Translations under genes and position numbers: made by a program
The notes under the pieces: model-generated
The model's database searches: none
What the model was told of the DNA's origin: nothing
The model's input: the letters and a program-made list of their open reading frames with translations, nothing else
Shown here: in pieces, positions 1 to 9,805 of the stretch
How the letters are laid out: every line of letters starts with the position of its first letter
Position numbering within the stretch: position 1 is the stretch's first letter
Assembly: GCA_949298405.1 (NCBI GenBank)
Contig: CASFWA010000001.1
Span: 210,023 to 274,022 of the forward strand
Direction: 5' to 3'
From: an uncultured Pseudomonadota bacterium
GTDB lineage: Bacteria; Pseudomonadota; Alphaproteobacteria; Rs-D84
Length of the DNA: 64,000 nucleotides

Positions 1-1560
1 AAGAAATTTTTTGCTGTGTTATTTTTAACGCATTGTTTGTTTTATAACAATGCTGCTTTTCCTTATGTAATAAATGATTATAAATATGGTCAGAAATTAG
101 ACCTTCTGGAAAATACTGTTATTACAGAAAATGCACTTGTTGATGTGACGAATATAAATATTATTAATTCAATTTTTATCGCTAATAGTGGGGAATTGTC
201 TGGAAATATAAATGTTGCAGATGGACGGATTTTGCAAATCCAAAATATGGGTAAGGTGAATGCCAATTTTAGGATGGGCGAAAATGCAAGAATTGTTCAG
301 GTAGTTTATACAGATAAAGATTTTAATTCTATCGGGTTAAATAGTGAATATGATTTACTGATAAATAATTCAGAATCTTTATCGTTAAGTTCTGTAATCA
401 ATTTCGGTGCCGCTGCAGATAAAATTATATTTTATGATTCTGTATTAGAATTTAACAGTCTAATGCGGGTGCAAAGAAATAAGATTAATGAACCCAAAAT
501 TGAAATAGTTGGCAATGTAATTATTTATGTTAACTCTGTAGATGATATTTTAAATAGGCCAATATTATCTAATGTGTCTGGTGAAGGTAGTGTGTCTTTT
601 TATGTAGATAACCTTGATGATATGTATGTTATTAAATCATATCTTAGTGATGAAAATGTGTATGGAAAACTTGTTAGAGAAACTGATTATTCAAAAATTC
701 TCAAAAATAAGACAGGTGTCTTTCTTGATGATTTAAGAAGCAATACTCCTGATGATAAATTATTTAGTGCTTTGGATGTTGCTTCTGATAGAACAGAATT
801 AGAAAATGTTATGAATGATTCTGTAAAATTAAACCCTATTAATTTAATGAAACCGATTCGGATTTTTAATAGTTTTCAAGGGTTGAATATTCTTTCAAAT
901 GCTTCTGCGTTAGAAGTTGAACCGGTTTATATGTTTTCTGATGATTTTTATTCTTATGGAATAAATGCGCGGTTGAATTTCCATTCGTCAGATAAAATGA
1001 ATGTCGCTATATCTGGATATGGCGCAAGATTGGATTTTTCTGATTATATAAATGAATTTTCGTCTTGTTTATATGGGGCTAGTTTTAGATTAAATTATAA
1101 TGATGCTTTATTTGTATTGGACGGGGTTGCCGGGTTTACAGTCGCTAAGTTCGATGTAGGTGCTGTCTTTGATGGAAATAATATAGAAAATAACCCAAGT
1201 GGCGTTTCTTATTATTTTACAACTAATGTTGGGCATACTTTTAACATAATAGAAAATTTAGATTTTATTCCTTTTGTTAACATAGGTTTTGATTATGTTT
1301 CTGTGATGAGTTTGTCTGATATAGATTTTGTGACAGGTATTGGTTCAGATATAAAATTTAAATTAAATGATTTTGATATTAAATATGATTATGGATTACG
1401 GTTTCGTTTGTTGGCATCTGGGCAATTGTCTGGTGCGTTTCATGTAAATATTTTATCACCATTTGATAGAGCAGGCGGTAATGCAGAAATTGCTGCTATA
1501 TATGACGATAAAATCGGTGTTTCATATAATCTTAGGTTGGGGGCGATTATAGAATTTTAG
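1..1560 (+). CDS. Outer-membrane protein with C-terminal beta-barrel (autotransporter-like), 5' end at or just beyond the window edge
   Basis: The ORF frame is open from nt 1 and reads KKFFAVLFLTHCLF..., a signal-peptide-like N-terminus, so the ATG probably lies just upstream of the window. Asn/Ser-rich passenger-like region. The C-terminal ~250 aa show alternating hydrophobic beta-strand pattern and end in ...RLGAIIEF, a terminal aromatic residue typical of OM beta-barrels. Confidence 0.45.
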   Translation, partial: KKFFAVLFLTHCLFYNNAAFPYVINDYKYGQKLDLLENTVITENALVDVTNINIINSIFIANSGELSGNINVADGRILQIQNMGKVNANFRMGENARIVQVVYTDKDFNSIGLNSEYDLLINNSESLSLSSVINFGAAADKIIFYDSVLEFNSLMRVQRNKINEPKIEIVGNVIIYVNSVDDILNRPILSNVSGEGSVSFYVDNLDDMYVIKSYLSDENVYGKLVRETDYSKILKNKTGVFLDDLRSNTPDDKLFSALDVASDRTELENVMNDSVKLNPINLMKPIRIFNSFQGLNILSNASALEVEPVYMFSDDFYSYGINARLNFHSSDKMNVAISGYGARLDFSDYINEFSSCLYGASFRLNYNDALFVLDGVAGFTVAKFDVGAVFDGNNIENNPSGVSYYFTTNVGHTFNIIENLDFIPFVNIGFDYVSVMSLSDIDFVTGIGSDIKFKLNDFDIKYDYGLRFRLLASGQLSGAFHVNILSPFDRAGGNAEIAAIYDDKIGVSYNLRLGAIIEF

Positions 1561-2868
1561 TTAGTCTACAATCTCGCCACGTAAAGATGCTTTGTTTGCA
1601 GCAGTTATACGAATGTTCGCAAGTTGTTTTTCGCAGTTCGGCGATGTTGCGTTAACAATGCATTGTTGCATGTATGGTGTGCGATATACTAAATGTTTGC
1701 CGGTTTTGTCCGGTCCTTCGCATAAACACTCCATAGTTTTTCCAATACACGATTCGTTAAAACTTCTTTGCAGTTCATTTAGGTAAGAATCTAATTTTGC
1801 CAAACGCTCTGCTTTAATTGATTCTGGAATCTGGTCCTTCATTAATGCGGCTGCTGTATGAGGCCGAGGAGAATATTTAAAAGAATAAGAATTTATATAT
1901 TTTATTCTTTTTGCTATTTCCATCGTCTGTTCAAAATCAGAATCTGTTTCACCTGGGAAGCCAACAATAAAGTCGCTGGATATCTGAATATCAGGACGTG
2001 CCGACTTTAATTTGTCAACTATATCTATATATAGATTCAGGGTGTAAGGACGGTTCATTCTTGTCAATACATTCTGCGACCCGCTTTGTATAGGCATATT
2101 TAAAAAAGGTAATAATTTAGGTTCTGTTCTGAACATATCTATCAAGTCATCTGTCATTTCTGTTGGATAACTGGATGTAAATCGTATTCTTTTAATATTA
2201 TTCAGTTTTGCAGTTTCCTTTATCAAGTCAGATAAACGATATGTTTTGCCTTTTGCTTCATCTGTGTATTTATAACCATTTACATTTTGACCTAAGAAGC
2301 ATATTTCTATTGCGCCTGTATTTGCAGCGTGCTTTGTGTCGTGCAAGACTTCTTTAAAAGGGCGTGATAGTTCGCGACCGCGAGTGTAGGGCACAATACA
2401 ATATGTGCAGCAATGATTGCATCCTTCTTGAATAGGTATATATGCCACTGCGGGTGATTTTTCCATTCGTGGCAATTCGTCGAATTTTTCAAGCCCGGTT
2501 AAATCTATGTTTAATAATTTTGTTTCAGGATTTTTTAAAATTTCAGGCAGTTTATGATAACTTTGTGGGCCTAAAACAAAATTTAAATCAGGTATTCGTT
2601 GAAAAGCAGTTGCGCCCGCTTCGCGCGCAACGCAACCAACTATTCCAAATAGTGCGTCGGGCTTTTTGGCGCGACGGACACGCCCTAAGGCAGAAAATAC
2701 TTTATTCGTCGCTTTTTCGCGAACTGCGCATGTATTTAATATAATGATGTCTGCTTCTTCGATTTTGTCGGTTTGTTCAAAATCGTGCTTTTCTAACATG
2801 GCGGCGATTCGCTGACCGTCATAAACATTCATCTGACAACCAAAAGTTTGAATAAAGAATTTTTTCAT
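1561..2868 (-). CDS. miaB: tRNA-i6A37 methylthiotransferase MiaB (radical SAM)
   Basis: N-terminus MKKFFIQTFGCQMNVYDGQ matches the MiaB UPF0004 domain. The radical-SAM motif CNHCCTYCIVP and a C-terminal TRAM region are present. The six-frame ORF extends to 2898, but the ATG at 2868 matches the MiaB N-terminus and sits 4 nt after the upstream small ORF. Confidence 0.85.
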   Translation of the reverse strand: MKKFFIQTFGCQMNVYDGQRIAAMLEKHDFEQTDKIEEADIIILNTCAVREKATNKVFSALGRVRRAKKPDALFGIVGCVAREAGATAFQRIPDLNFVLGPQSYHKLPEILKNPETKLLNIDLTGLEKFDELPRMEKSPAVAYIPIQEGCNHCCTYCIVPYTRGRELSRPFKEVLHDTKHAANTGAIEICFLGQNVNGYKYTDEAKGKTYRLSDLIKETAKLNNIKRIRFTSSYPTEMTDDLIDMFRTEPKLLPFLNMPIQSGSQNVLTRMNRPYTLNLYIDIVDKLKSARPDIQISSDFIVGFPGETDSDFEQTMEIAKRIKYINSYSFKYSPRPHTAAALMKDQIPESIKAERLAKLDSYLNELQRSFNESCIGKTMECLCEGPDKTGKHLVYRTPYMQQCIVNATSPNCEKQLANIRITAANKASLRGEIVD

Positions 2869-2872
2869 AGTT

Positions 2873-3043
2873 TTATTTATGTTTTGTGTTTTCTGCACGA
2901 AATTTTTTTGCTTTTATTTTTTGTATATTTCTTAATGTTTCTTGACTGTGAACGAGTTTTTTTATTTCTGGGTCAGGTATTTCAATAACTCCATATTGAA
3001 CGCCCGTTATACAATCGTCTTTTATTATACCTATAACTTTCAT
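2873..3043 (-). CDS. Small ORF (56 aa) between gatB and miaB, hypothetical
   Basis: ATG at 3043 preceded by AAGGA 7 nt upstream. Read on the minus strand it encodes MKVIGIIKDDCITGVQYGVIEIPDPEIKKLVHSQETLRNIQKIKAKKFRAENTKHK. It is tightly packed, 10 nt after the gatB stop and 4 nt before the miaB start. It is below the 60-aa cutoff of the ORF track. Confidence 0.3.
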   Translation of the reverse strand: MKVIGIIKDDCITGVQYGVIEIPDPEIKKLVHSQETLRNIQKIKAKKFRAENTKHK

Positions 3044-3055
3044 ACTTTTTCCTTT

Positions 3056-4576
3056 TTATGCTAGTTTCTTTTTAAGTAGTTCGTTTACAACCGCTGGATT
3101 TGCTTTGCCGCCTGTTGCTTTCATTACGCCGCCAACAAAGAATCCTAGCAGACCAACTTTACCTGATTTATACTGTTCTACTTGTGCAGGGTTCGCAGCA
3201 ATTATATCATCAACGGCTTTTTCTATTGCGCCAGTATCTGTAATTTGCTTCATACCGAATCGGTCTGCAATTTCTTTTGGCGTTCCCGATTCGCCGTCTA
3301 ACATTTTGATAAAGATTTCTTTTGCTTGTTTTCCGTTAATTTCATTCGCGGAAATCATATCTACTAATTCTGCTAAATTTTCAGGTGTAATAATCCGCGC
3401 TTCGCCTTGCTCAGATGTATCCACAGCGTTTTTTGCATCCCAATTTTCTGGGTGTGCAAATAGTTCACTTATCATCCAGTTCGCAATTGGTTTTGCGCGT
3501 TCCGATTTTCCGTTAACAGCAGTATCAAACCATTTTGATATGTCTGTCGATTCGGTAAGTCTTGCTGCATCATATTCGTTTAAACCCATGCTTATATATC
3601 TTGCACGTGTTGCAGCAGGTAATTCAGGCATTGTTTGCTTTATGCGTTCAATCATTTCATCGCTGATTTCCAAAGGTAATAAGTCTGGGTCCGGAAAATA
3701 GCGATAGTCCAAAGCGTCTTCCTTGCTGCGCATTACAGATGTTGTGCCTTCGGATTGGCTATATCTCATTGTGTCTTGTGATACTGTGCCACCAGTTTCA
3801 TATATTTCTATTTGGCGACGTGCTTCGTATTCAATTGCAGATTTTATAAACTTAAATGAAACCATGTTCTTTGTTTCTGTACGCGTTCTGAATTCATTTG
3901 AACCAACAGGTCTGACGGATACATTTACGTCTGCACGCATAGAACCTTCTTCCATGTTTGCTTTTGACACACCTAGTGCACGCGCGATTTCACGAATTTC
4001 ACGTAGATAGCGCTCCGCTTCATCGGGAGAGGTTATATAAGAATTATTTTCAGGATTTTTTGTGTCTAAAAATGTGACAATTTCTAGTAATGCTACACCT
4101 GTTCGGTTGTAATCCGCAAATGATTTTGTTGGGTGTACATCATGTTTTAATTTACCTGCATCTTGTTCCAAATGTGCACGTTCAATTAAAATCTTTTTAG
4201 GTTTTCCGTCGTCCCCCATAATTTCAACCCAACCACGACCTACGACTGGTGGTTCTTCGGCTGGTTGTGAAATCTGATAACCTTGGGGAAGGTCAGGGTA
4301 AAAATATTGTTTACGTGCAAATTTACTCTTTCTGGATATTTCTGCATTTAAACCCAAACCCATTTTAATAGCCTGTTCTACGCAGAATTCATTTAGTACA
4401 GGAAGCATACCTGGCATAGCAGCATCAACCATAGATACCTGAGTGTTAGGGGCGATTGTCGGGTTATAGTTTGCAGATGCACCACTAAAAAGTTTGCTGT
4501 TAGACAGAACTTCTATATGTGTTTCAAGCCCTATGACTAATTCCCAATCTGTTGTTTTACCCTTTATCGTAAACAT
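3056..4576 (-). CDS. gatB: Asp-tRNA(Asn)/Glu-tRNA(Gln) amidotransferase subunit B
   Basis: 506 aa. GatB signature regions are present: LVIGLETHIEV near the N-terminus and a C-terminal YqeY-like tail (GKQAKEIFIKM...). It sits in a gatC-gatA-gatB cluster. Confidence 0.9.
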   Translation of the reverse strand: MFTIKGKTTDWELVIGLETHIEVLSNSKLFSGASANYNPTIAPNTQVSMVDAAMPGMLPVLNEFCVEQAIKMGLGLNAEISRKSKFARKQYFYPDLPQGYQISQPAEEPPVVGRGWVEIMGDDGKPKKILIERAHLEQDAGKLKHDVHPTKSFADYNRTGVALLEIVTFLDTKNPENNSYITSPDEAERYLREIREIARALGVSKANMEEGSMRADVNVSVRPVGSNEFRTRTETKNMVSFKFIKSAIEYEARRQIEIYETGGTVSQDTMRYSQSEGTTSVMRSKEDALDYRYFPDPDLLPLEISDEMIERIKQTMPELPAATRARYISMGLNEYDAARLTESTDISKWFDTAVNGKSERAKPIANWMISELFAHPENWDAKNAVDTSEQGEARIITPENLAELVDMISANEINGKQAKEIFIKMLDGESGTPKEIADRFGMKQITDTGAIEKAVDDIIAANPAQVEQYKSGKVGLLGFFVGGVMKATGGKANPAVVNELLKKKLA

Positions 4577-4629
4577 TTTTATTTTTCCTTGCTTTTTTCT
4601 TTTTAGTATCTTATTATTCGTTTCGCGTT

Positions 4630-4703
4630 GGCTAGATAGCTCAGTTGGTAGAGCAAGGGACTGAAAATCCCTGTGTCAGTGGTTCGATTCCACTTCTAGC
4701 CAC
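4630..4703 (+). tRNA. tRNA-Phe (anticodon GAA)
   Basis: Cloverleaf read directly from sequence: acceptor GGCTAGA/TCTAGCC, D-arm GCTC-AGTTGGTA-GAGC, anticodon stem AGGGA/TCCCT with loop CTGAAAA (GAA), T-arm AGTGG-TTCGATT-CCACT, discriminator A. CCA is not fully encoded (CC then T). Confidence 0.9.
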
Positions 4704-4705
4704 CT

Positions 4706-4727
4706 TAGACCTTCGGGTCTTTTTTTA
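4706..4727 (+). terminator. Rho-independent terminator after tRNA-Phe
   Basis: AGACC-TTCG-GGTCT hairpin followed by TTTTTTT. Confidence 0.7.
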
Positions 4728-6206
4728 TTTCCCCATTACTTTTGTTGGTCTGTTATCTATACCTGCAAATTGCTCGATATGCTTTGCTAGTTGTAGAACT
4801 TTTAAATCATCAAAGCGTTTACCAACAACTTGCATTCCTAGTGGTAAGCCGTTCTCTGCCAATCCACAGGGTACGCTGCATGCAGGAATACCAGCCAAAT
4901 TCATCGCTACTGTAAATAAATCAAGTGCATAGTATTCAAGTGGCGTTAAATCCGAATCAAGTGGCATAGCCGTACCTGCGCCAGAAGGGCATAGTATTAA
5001 ATCGCATTGTTCAAATGCTTTATTGAAACTATCTGCAATCATACGACGTACCCGCGCGGCTTGCATGAAATATACTTCATACGATTCGCTGGATAATACA
5101 GCGGTACCAACTATCATTCGACGTTGTACTTCTTCACCAAAACCAGCGGCGCGTGTCTTTTTATATGTGTCTATTAAATCTTCGCCTTCTATGCGCAAAC
5201 CGTATTTCATGCCGTCATAGCGCGCCAGGTTAGAAGACGCTTCTGCTGGTGCAATTATATAATATGCAGCCAACGCGTCTAATATATTAGGAATAGAAAC
5301 TTCAACTATTTCTGCACCAATGGATTTCAAGTCTTCAATGCGTGCATTAAACAATCGTTTCATATCCGCAGATACTTCAACAGCTGCAAATTCTTTTATT
5401 ATACCGACACGCAGTGTTTTCCCGTCACCTAATATAGGAGATAGGGGTACTGTTGCATTAAATCCTTTATCACTGCTTGTGGAATCTTTTGGGTCGTGTC
5501 CAGCCATGGCAGATAATAATAATGCAGCGTCATCGACTGTCCTTGCAATAGGGCCTGGTGTGTCTAAACTAGATGCAAATGCGACGCATCCCCAACGGCT
5601 GCATAAACCATATGTTGGTTTCATGCCAACTAACCCTGTTATTGCAGAAGGGAAACGAATCGAACCACCTGTGTCTGTGCCTGTGCCGCCAATTGCTAAA
5701 CCACTTGCAATTGCACTTGTTGCACCGCCAGAAGAACCACCAGCAGTTAATCTTTTTTCCATTTGCCATGGGTTTACTGGGGCACCAAAATAACTTGTCT
5801 TGCTGAAAGTCCCCATAGCAAATTCATCAAGGTTTGTTTTCCCCAATAATACAGTTCCTGCATCTATAAATTTCTGGGATACAGTCGATTCGTATTCTGG
5901 TACAAAGTTTTCGAGCATTCTTGACGCGGCAGTTGTTCTGATGCCGCGCGTTGCAAATAAATCTTTCATACCAATTGGAATGCCGTCCAAGGGCAGGGCA
6001 GTACCCGCTGCATAACGTGCGTCAGATGCAGCAGCGTCTGCCATCGCACGTTCTGGTGTGACTGTTATATAGCAATTTAATTCCTTGCCATATTTTTCTA
6101 TTCTGTCCAAATAAGCACGAGTTAGTTCAACTGCACTTATTTCACCTGATTTCAATTTCTGTAATGCTTCTGTAATTGTTAGGTCTATCATTTGTATCAC
6201 TTTCAA
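4725..6206 (-). CDS. gatA: Glu-tRNA(Gln) amidotransferase subunit A (amidase family)
   Basis: 493 aa. Amidase signature GGSSGGATSAIASGLAIGGTGTDTGGSIRFP. Adjacent to gatC and gatB. Confidence 0.9.
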   Translation of the reverse strand: MKVIQMIDLTITEALQKLKSGEISAVELTRAYLDRIEKYGKELNCYITVTPERAMADAAASDARYAAGTALPLDGIPIGMKDLFATRGIRTTAASRMLENFVPEYESTVSQKFIDAGTVLLGKTNLDEFAMGTFSKTSYFGAPVNPWQMEKRLTAGGSSGGATSAIASGLAIGGTGTDTGGSIRFPSAITGLVGMKPTYGLCSRWGCVAFASSLDTPGPIARTVDDAALLLSAMAGHDPKDSTSSDKGFNATVPLSPILGDGKTLRVGIIKEFAAVEVSADMKRLFNARIEDLKSIGAEIVEVSIPNILDALAAYYIIAPAEASSNLARYDGMKYGLRIEGEDLIDTYKKTRAAGFGEEVQRRMIVGTAVLSSESYEVYFMQAARVRRMIADSFNKAFEQCDLILCPSGAGTAMPLDSDLTPLEYYALDLFTVAMNLAGIPACSVPCGLAENGLPLGMQVVGKRFDDLKVLQLAKHIEQFAGIDNRPTKVMGK

Positions 6207-6216
6207 TTTTTATTAA

Positions 6217-6510
6217 TTATTCATCCATAACTTTTGGTACAGCAAAGTATCCACGCGAAATACCTGCATTGTCTGGGGCGTTTGATAAAACTAAATCCCT
6301 GATATTTCCATCTGTGACAACGTCTGCGCGTCGTGGTAATTTGTGTTCCGCTGGATTTAACATAGGTTCAACCCCTGTGGTATTAATCTTTTGTAATTTA
6401 TCCAGCCATTCAATTACAGAATCAATATTCATTTTTTCCAGTTTTTCTTCTGAAATATCAATTCTTATTAAATCTGCAAATTTTTTTAATTGTTGCTTGC
6501 TAAAAGCCAT
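6217..6510 (-). CDS. gatC: Glu-tRNA(Gln) amidotransferase subunit C
   Basis: 97 aa, of GatC size. Sits 10 nt upstream of gatA on the same strand. The N-terminal helical region (IDISEEKLEKMNIDSVIEWLDKL) is typical of GatC. Confidence 0.8.
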   Translation of the reverse strand: MAFSKQQLKKFADLIRIDISEEKLEKMNIDSVIEWLDKLQKINTTGVEPMLNPAEHKLPRRADVVTDGNIRDLVLSNAPDNAGISRGYFAVPKVMDE

Positions 6511-6559
6511 TTCTAATCCTATTCTGTTTATATATTTTACAAACAGAGGAAATTATACA

Positions 6560-7012
6560 ATGATTTTGCCAGAATTCAAGGCTTTTCCACGCACAGGACG
6601 CGTTTTAGGAGTTGACTGGGGCGCAAAAAGAACAGGTGTTGCTATTTCTGATGAAACACGTAATTTCTTTTTTGCAAGAGAGCCTATTGTTGCTTCTAAA
6701 TTGGGGGCTTCTATCGCAAAGCAAATTGCTGATTTAGCAACCGCAGAAAAAGTTGTTGGTATCGTTTTTGGGCTGCCTTTATATGCAGATGGAAAAGAAT
6801 CTGAAACTACTAAGTTAGTTCGTGCGTGTGCCACAGAAACGTGCACATACATCGATTTGCCTGTTGCTTTTATAGAAGAGAATTTAACAAGTTTTTCTGC
6901 CCAGGAAAGTATGGGAAAAGTCCGGATTTCTGATATAAAACAGAAATTGGATTCAGAATCTGCACGATTGATTCTTGAAAATGCGATTGCTTTGTTAAAT
7001 AGATTAATTTAA
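6560..7012 (+). CDS. ruvX: Putative pre-16S rRNA nuclease / Holliday-junction resolvase-like YqgF (RuvX)
   Basis: MILPEFKAFPRTGRVLGVDWGAKRTGVAISDE matches the YqgF/RNase H-like N-terminus. ATG at 6560 with AGAGGA RBS 10 nt upstream. The six-frame ORF start at 6176 is an antisense read-through artefact. Confidence 0.8.
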   Translation: MILPEFKAFPRTGRVLGVDWGAKRTGVAISDETRNFFFAREPIVASKLGASIAKQIADLATAEKVVGIVFGLPLYADGKESETTKLVRACATETCTYIDLPVAFIEENLTSFSAQESMGKVRISDIKQKLDSESARLILENAIALLNRLI

Positions 7013-7026
7013 TTTAAATAAACAAT

Positions 7027-7067
7027 AAAACGCAGAAACGGTGCATATAGCGCCGTTTCTGCGTTTT
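7027..7067. terminator. Bidirectional intrinsic terminator between convergent ruvX and the AI-2E transporter gene
   Basis: AAAACGCAGAAACGGTGC-ATAT-AGCGCCGTTTCTGCGTTTT: long near-perfect hairpin flanked by an A-run and a T-run. Confidence 0.75.
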
Positions 7068-7068
7068 A

Positions 7069-8115
7069 TTATTCTTCTCTTTTATCAGGTATTTTCCCGT
7101 CCGCAGATAGTAATATTGCAATCCAACGTGTTGAATCAAATTGTGCGGTTATTATGAATGTCGCCACTAATAATGGCACACTGAAAAACATCCCAGCAAT
7201 TCCCCAAATCATACCCCAAAATACTAAGTTTATTAATATGGCAAGTGTCGAAAGATTTAATGTTTTTCCAGTGAATTTAGGCTCTAAGATATTGCCAAAT
7301 ATTATTTGTAAACCAATAAGCCCTATGGCTGTTAGTATCGGCTGTTGTAAAGATGGTGCGGTAATCAAAGAAAATATAATAGGTAATCCACATGCAACAA
7401 TTGCACCTATTGTTGGAATATAACTTGTTATAAATACTATAAACGCCCATATCCCAGCAAACTCTACGCCTATCATTTGTAGCCAGAAATAAGATAAAAT
7501 GCCCGTTATACCTGATAATAATGTTTTCATAAACAAATATTTCTTCATGTTATTATCAATACTATCTAAGATATATCTCATTTTTTTTGACTGCGTTTTA
7601 TTTGGAAATAATACAGCAAATTTTTTGTTGAATGTGCTTTGTTCTATGAACATAAAAAGCATGTATATCAAAATCATACCCGCAGATGTCACAAGGTTTG
7701 CCGCAGATGCACCTATGTTAGTCGCGATGTTTGCTATGTTTGGTATCATGCTGGCATCAAAATGTATCCCGAGTGATTCAGATAAGTAATTCCCAAATAC
7801 TATCAGTTTGTGTTGAATTAATGGCATCGCGCCTATTAGTTCTTTGAACATTGGTTGTATCTGTGTCACAAAGAAATAAAGTAGAGCGCATAAAATCAGT
7901 GTTGATAAAATATTGGATGCCCAATCAAAAGAACGAGATAAAATAGGACGGCGTTTCCTATTCTCGTCAGAATTGTATGGCATTATTTTTCTAAAATATG
8001 CAGATGTCGCATTTATTAAATACCATAAGAACGTTGCAACTAGTAAAGGTATTAAAATAGAACGACCTAGCCATAAGAAAAAAATTATGGCAACAAATAA
8101 AATTAACCCATTCAT
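7069..8115 (-). CDS. AI-2E (PerM/UPF0118) family transporter
   Basis: 348 aa polytopic membrane protein. The overall architecture is that of AI-2E family proteins: an N-terminal TM pair, a central loop, and C-terminal TMs with a Gly-rich motif (GIWGIAGMFFSVPL). Confidence 0.6.
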   Translation of the reverse strand: MNGLILFVAIIFFLWLGRSILIPLLVATFLWYLINATSAYFRKIMPYNSDENRKRRPILSRSFDWASNILSTLILCALLYFFVTQIQPMFKELIGAMPLIQHKLIVFGNYLSESLGIHFDASMIPNIANIATNIGASAANLVTSAGMILIYMLFMFIEQSTFNKKFAVLFPNKTQSKKMRYILDSIDNNMKKYLFMKTLLSGITGILSYFWLQMIGVEFAGIWAFIVFITSYIPTIGAIVACGLPIIFSLITAPSLQQPILTAIGLIGLQIIFGNILEPKFTGKTLNLSTLAILINLVFWGMIWGIAGMFFSVPLLVATFIITAQFDSTRWIAILLSADGKIPDKREE

Positions 8116-8158
8116 AAAAACCTCCTATGCCTTGTATCTGTGCATATAGCGCGTTTTT

Positions 8159-9085
8159 TTAGTTGTTTGGTATTGCTGCTGAAACCTCATTAATATTCAT
8201 GGTTATATTTGTTATTTCAGATGCGCTTAAATATACAATTAAGCCGATTAAACAAATTATTAAAATTATGTTTAGTATTATCGCAAAAGACGAGTATTTA
8301 TGAGGTAAAATTTTACCAAAACCGTCCTTGCCATATATATTTAACCATATAGCAAAGATTACTGCTAAAAACAGCGTTAGCAATATTGAATTAAACCCGA
8401 AGAAAAAGCCTGAAAAGGTGACTAATGCTATAAATACTATAATTGTATTAACAGTGTTTGATAATACCCAATCAGTAAATTTATTATACCATTTTGTTTT
8501 TAGTTGTAATGTTTGTTTGCCTTTCTTCACATCTGGTAAAATGTATCCAGGTATCCATAGTAAACCAAACCCCAGCGGCATTGAACATAATATTTTCCAA
8601 GGCGAAATTCCCAATGTTCTGCATCTGCGGAATTTTAAATATAAGTTAGCAATAAATAAACCACATAGGTATAAATAAAATAATGCGGCTACTACAATTA
8701 TAGCAATAAATGATGCACTGGAATGGGTAGGCATTAGTAAAAGTTTTAGCATTATAGTGTTCGCATTCGCGACAATTATAAGTGTTGATATTATAAATGC
8801 TGCAGATGTAAAAAATATTTGTGCATTATTTATGGCGACAAAACTTTTCCTATCCAGATTATCCGACGGCATTTTCCTTAACATTAGATAAGCACTTACT
8901 GCAAATGCAACTGCTAATAATATTGTTAGCAGGCTTTTAGATTCTGTACCGCCATTAAAAATAAGAGATGAAATAACAGCATATATGAATCCCACACCAA
9001 TCATCATAAGAAATGTAATTACACTAAATTTTATCGGTTTCCATAGAAGCCAATCTAATAAAGTTAAAGACTTTTTTTCTGCCAT
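8159..9085 (-). CDS. Hypothetical polytopic membrane protein
   Basis: 308 aa with at least 8 hydrophobic helices. No recognisable catalytic motif. Confidence 0.5.
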   Translation of the reverse strand: MAEKKSLTLLDWLLWKPIKFSVITFLMMIGVGFIYAVISSLIFNGGTESKSLLTILLAVAFAVSAYLMLRKMPSDNLDRKSFVAINNAQIFFTSAAFIISTLIIVANANTIMLKLLLMPTHSSASFIAIIVVAALFYLYLCGLFIANLYLKFRRCRTLGISPWKILCSMPLGFGLLWIPGYILPDVKKGKQTLQLKTKWYNKFTDWVLSNTVNTIIVFIALVTFSGFFFGFNSILLTLFLAVIFAIWLNIYGKDGFGKILPHKYSSFAIILNIILIICLIGLIVYLSASEITNITMNINEVSAAIPNN

Positions 9086-9107
9086 TGTTTTTCCTTTGCT
9101 TTTCTGT

Positions 9108-9803
9108 TTATTCTATCACAACTTTACCTTTTGATAAAGTTGTTATAGCGTCTGGTTTTACTAGCGAAGTAAAGTTTTGTTGATGACTTATGAAAAGAAA
9201 TGTTGTTTCAGGCATTTCTTCCATTGTCTTTACAATTTGTTGTTGCACAGTACTATCTGCACCAGAATCTGGTTCGTCTAATATTGCAAGCCTTGGTTTC
9301 GTTAACATAAGACGCAATAACATAAGTTTTTTTCTTTCACCACCAGAAAAACCAACGTTTATACTTCTGTTTAACCATTCTTTCGGAATTTCTAGTTTTT
9401 CCCTGGCTGCTTCTAAATTTGTTAAAAATTCACCCATTGATAATTCTTTTCCAGTTTGAAAATGTGTGTGTGCAGAAATAGAATGCTTTAAAAAACTAAG
9501 TACTGTTAGACCGGGAATTTCAGGAACATTTTGCGCGCCTAAGAAAATTCCACGTAATGCTCTGTTTGTGGTGTTTTCTTTTGTTATGTCTGTTCCGTCA
9601 AATATTATTTTGCCGGTATCGATAGTGTAATCTGGATTGCCAGCAATCGTTTCAACAAGAGTTGTTTTCCCAGAACCGTTATGTCCCGATAACAGATGAC
9701 GTTCACCATTTTTTATTGTCAGATTTATATCTGATAGAAGTTTTTTCCCGTTTAAAGATACAGACAAGTTTTCTATTTTTAACATATTATTTCCTGTAAT
9801 CAT
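9108..9803 (-). CDS. sufC: Fe-S cluster assembly ATPase SufC
   Basis: Walker A GHNGSGKTTL, ABC signature FSGGERKK, Walker B LAILDEPDSG. It lies downstream of sufB. The true start is probably the internal MLKIENL at 9785. Confidence 0.85.
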   Translation of the reverse strand: MITGNNMLKIENLSVSLNGKKLLSDINLTIKNGERHLLSGHNGSGKTTLVETIAGNPDYTIDTGKIIFDGTDITKENTTNRALRGIFLGAQNVPEIPGLTVLSFLKHSISAHTHFQTGKELSMGEFLTNLEAAREKLEIPKEWLNRSINVGFSGGERKKLMLLRLMLTKPRLAILDEPDSGADSTVQQQIVKTMEEMPETTFLFISHQQNFTSLVKPDAITTLSKGKVVIE

Positions 9804-9805
9804 TT

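Noticed and set aside
3105-3701. 198-aa + strand ORF inside gatB. The similar ORFs in gatA (5320-5793, 5800-6015) were also set aside.
   Set aside because: Antisense to strongly supported gatB and gatA coding regions, with no independent signals.
6176-6559. 5' extension of the ruvX ORF (six-frame ORF starts at 6176)
   Set aside because: The extension runs antisense through gatC and gatA. The YqgF homology begins at the ATG at 6560, which has a good RBS.
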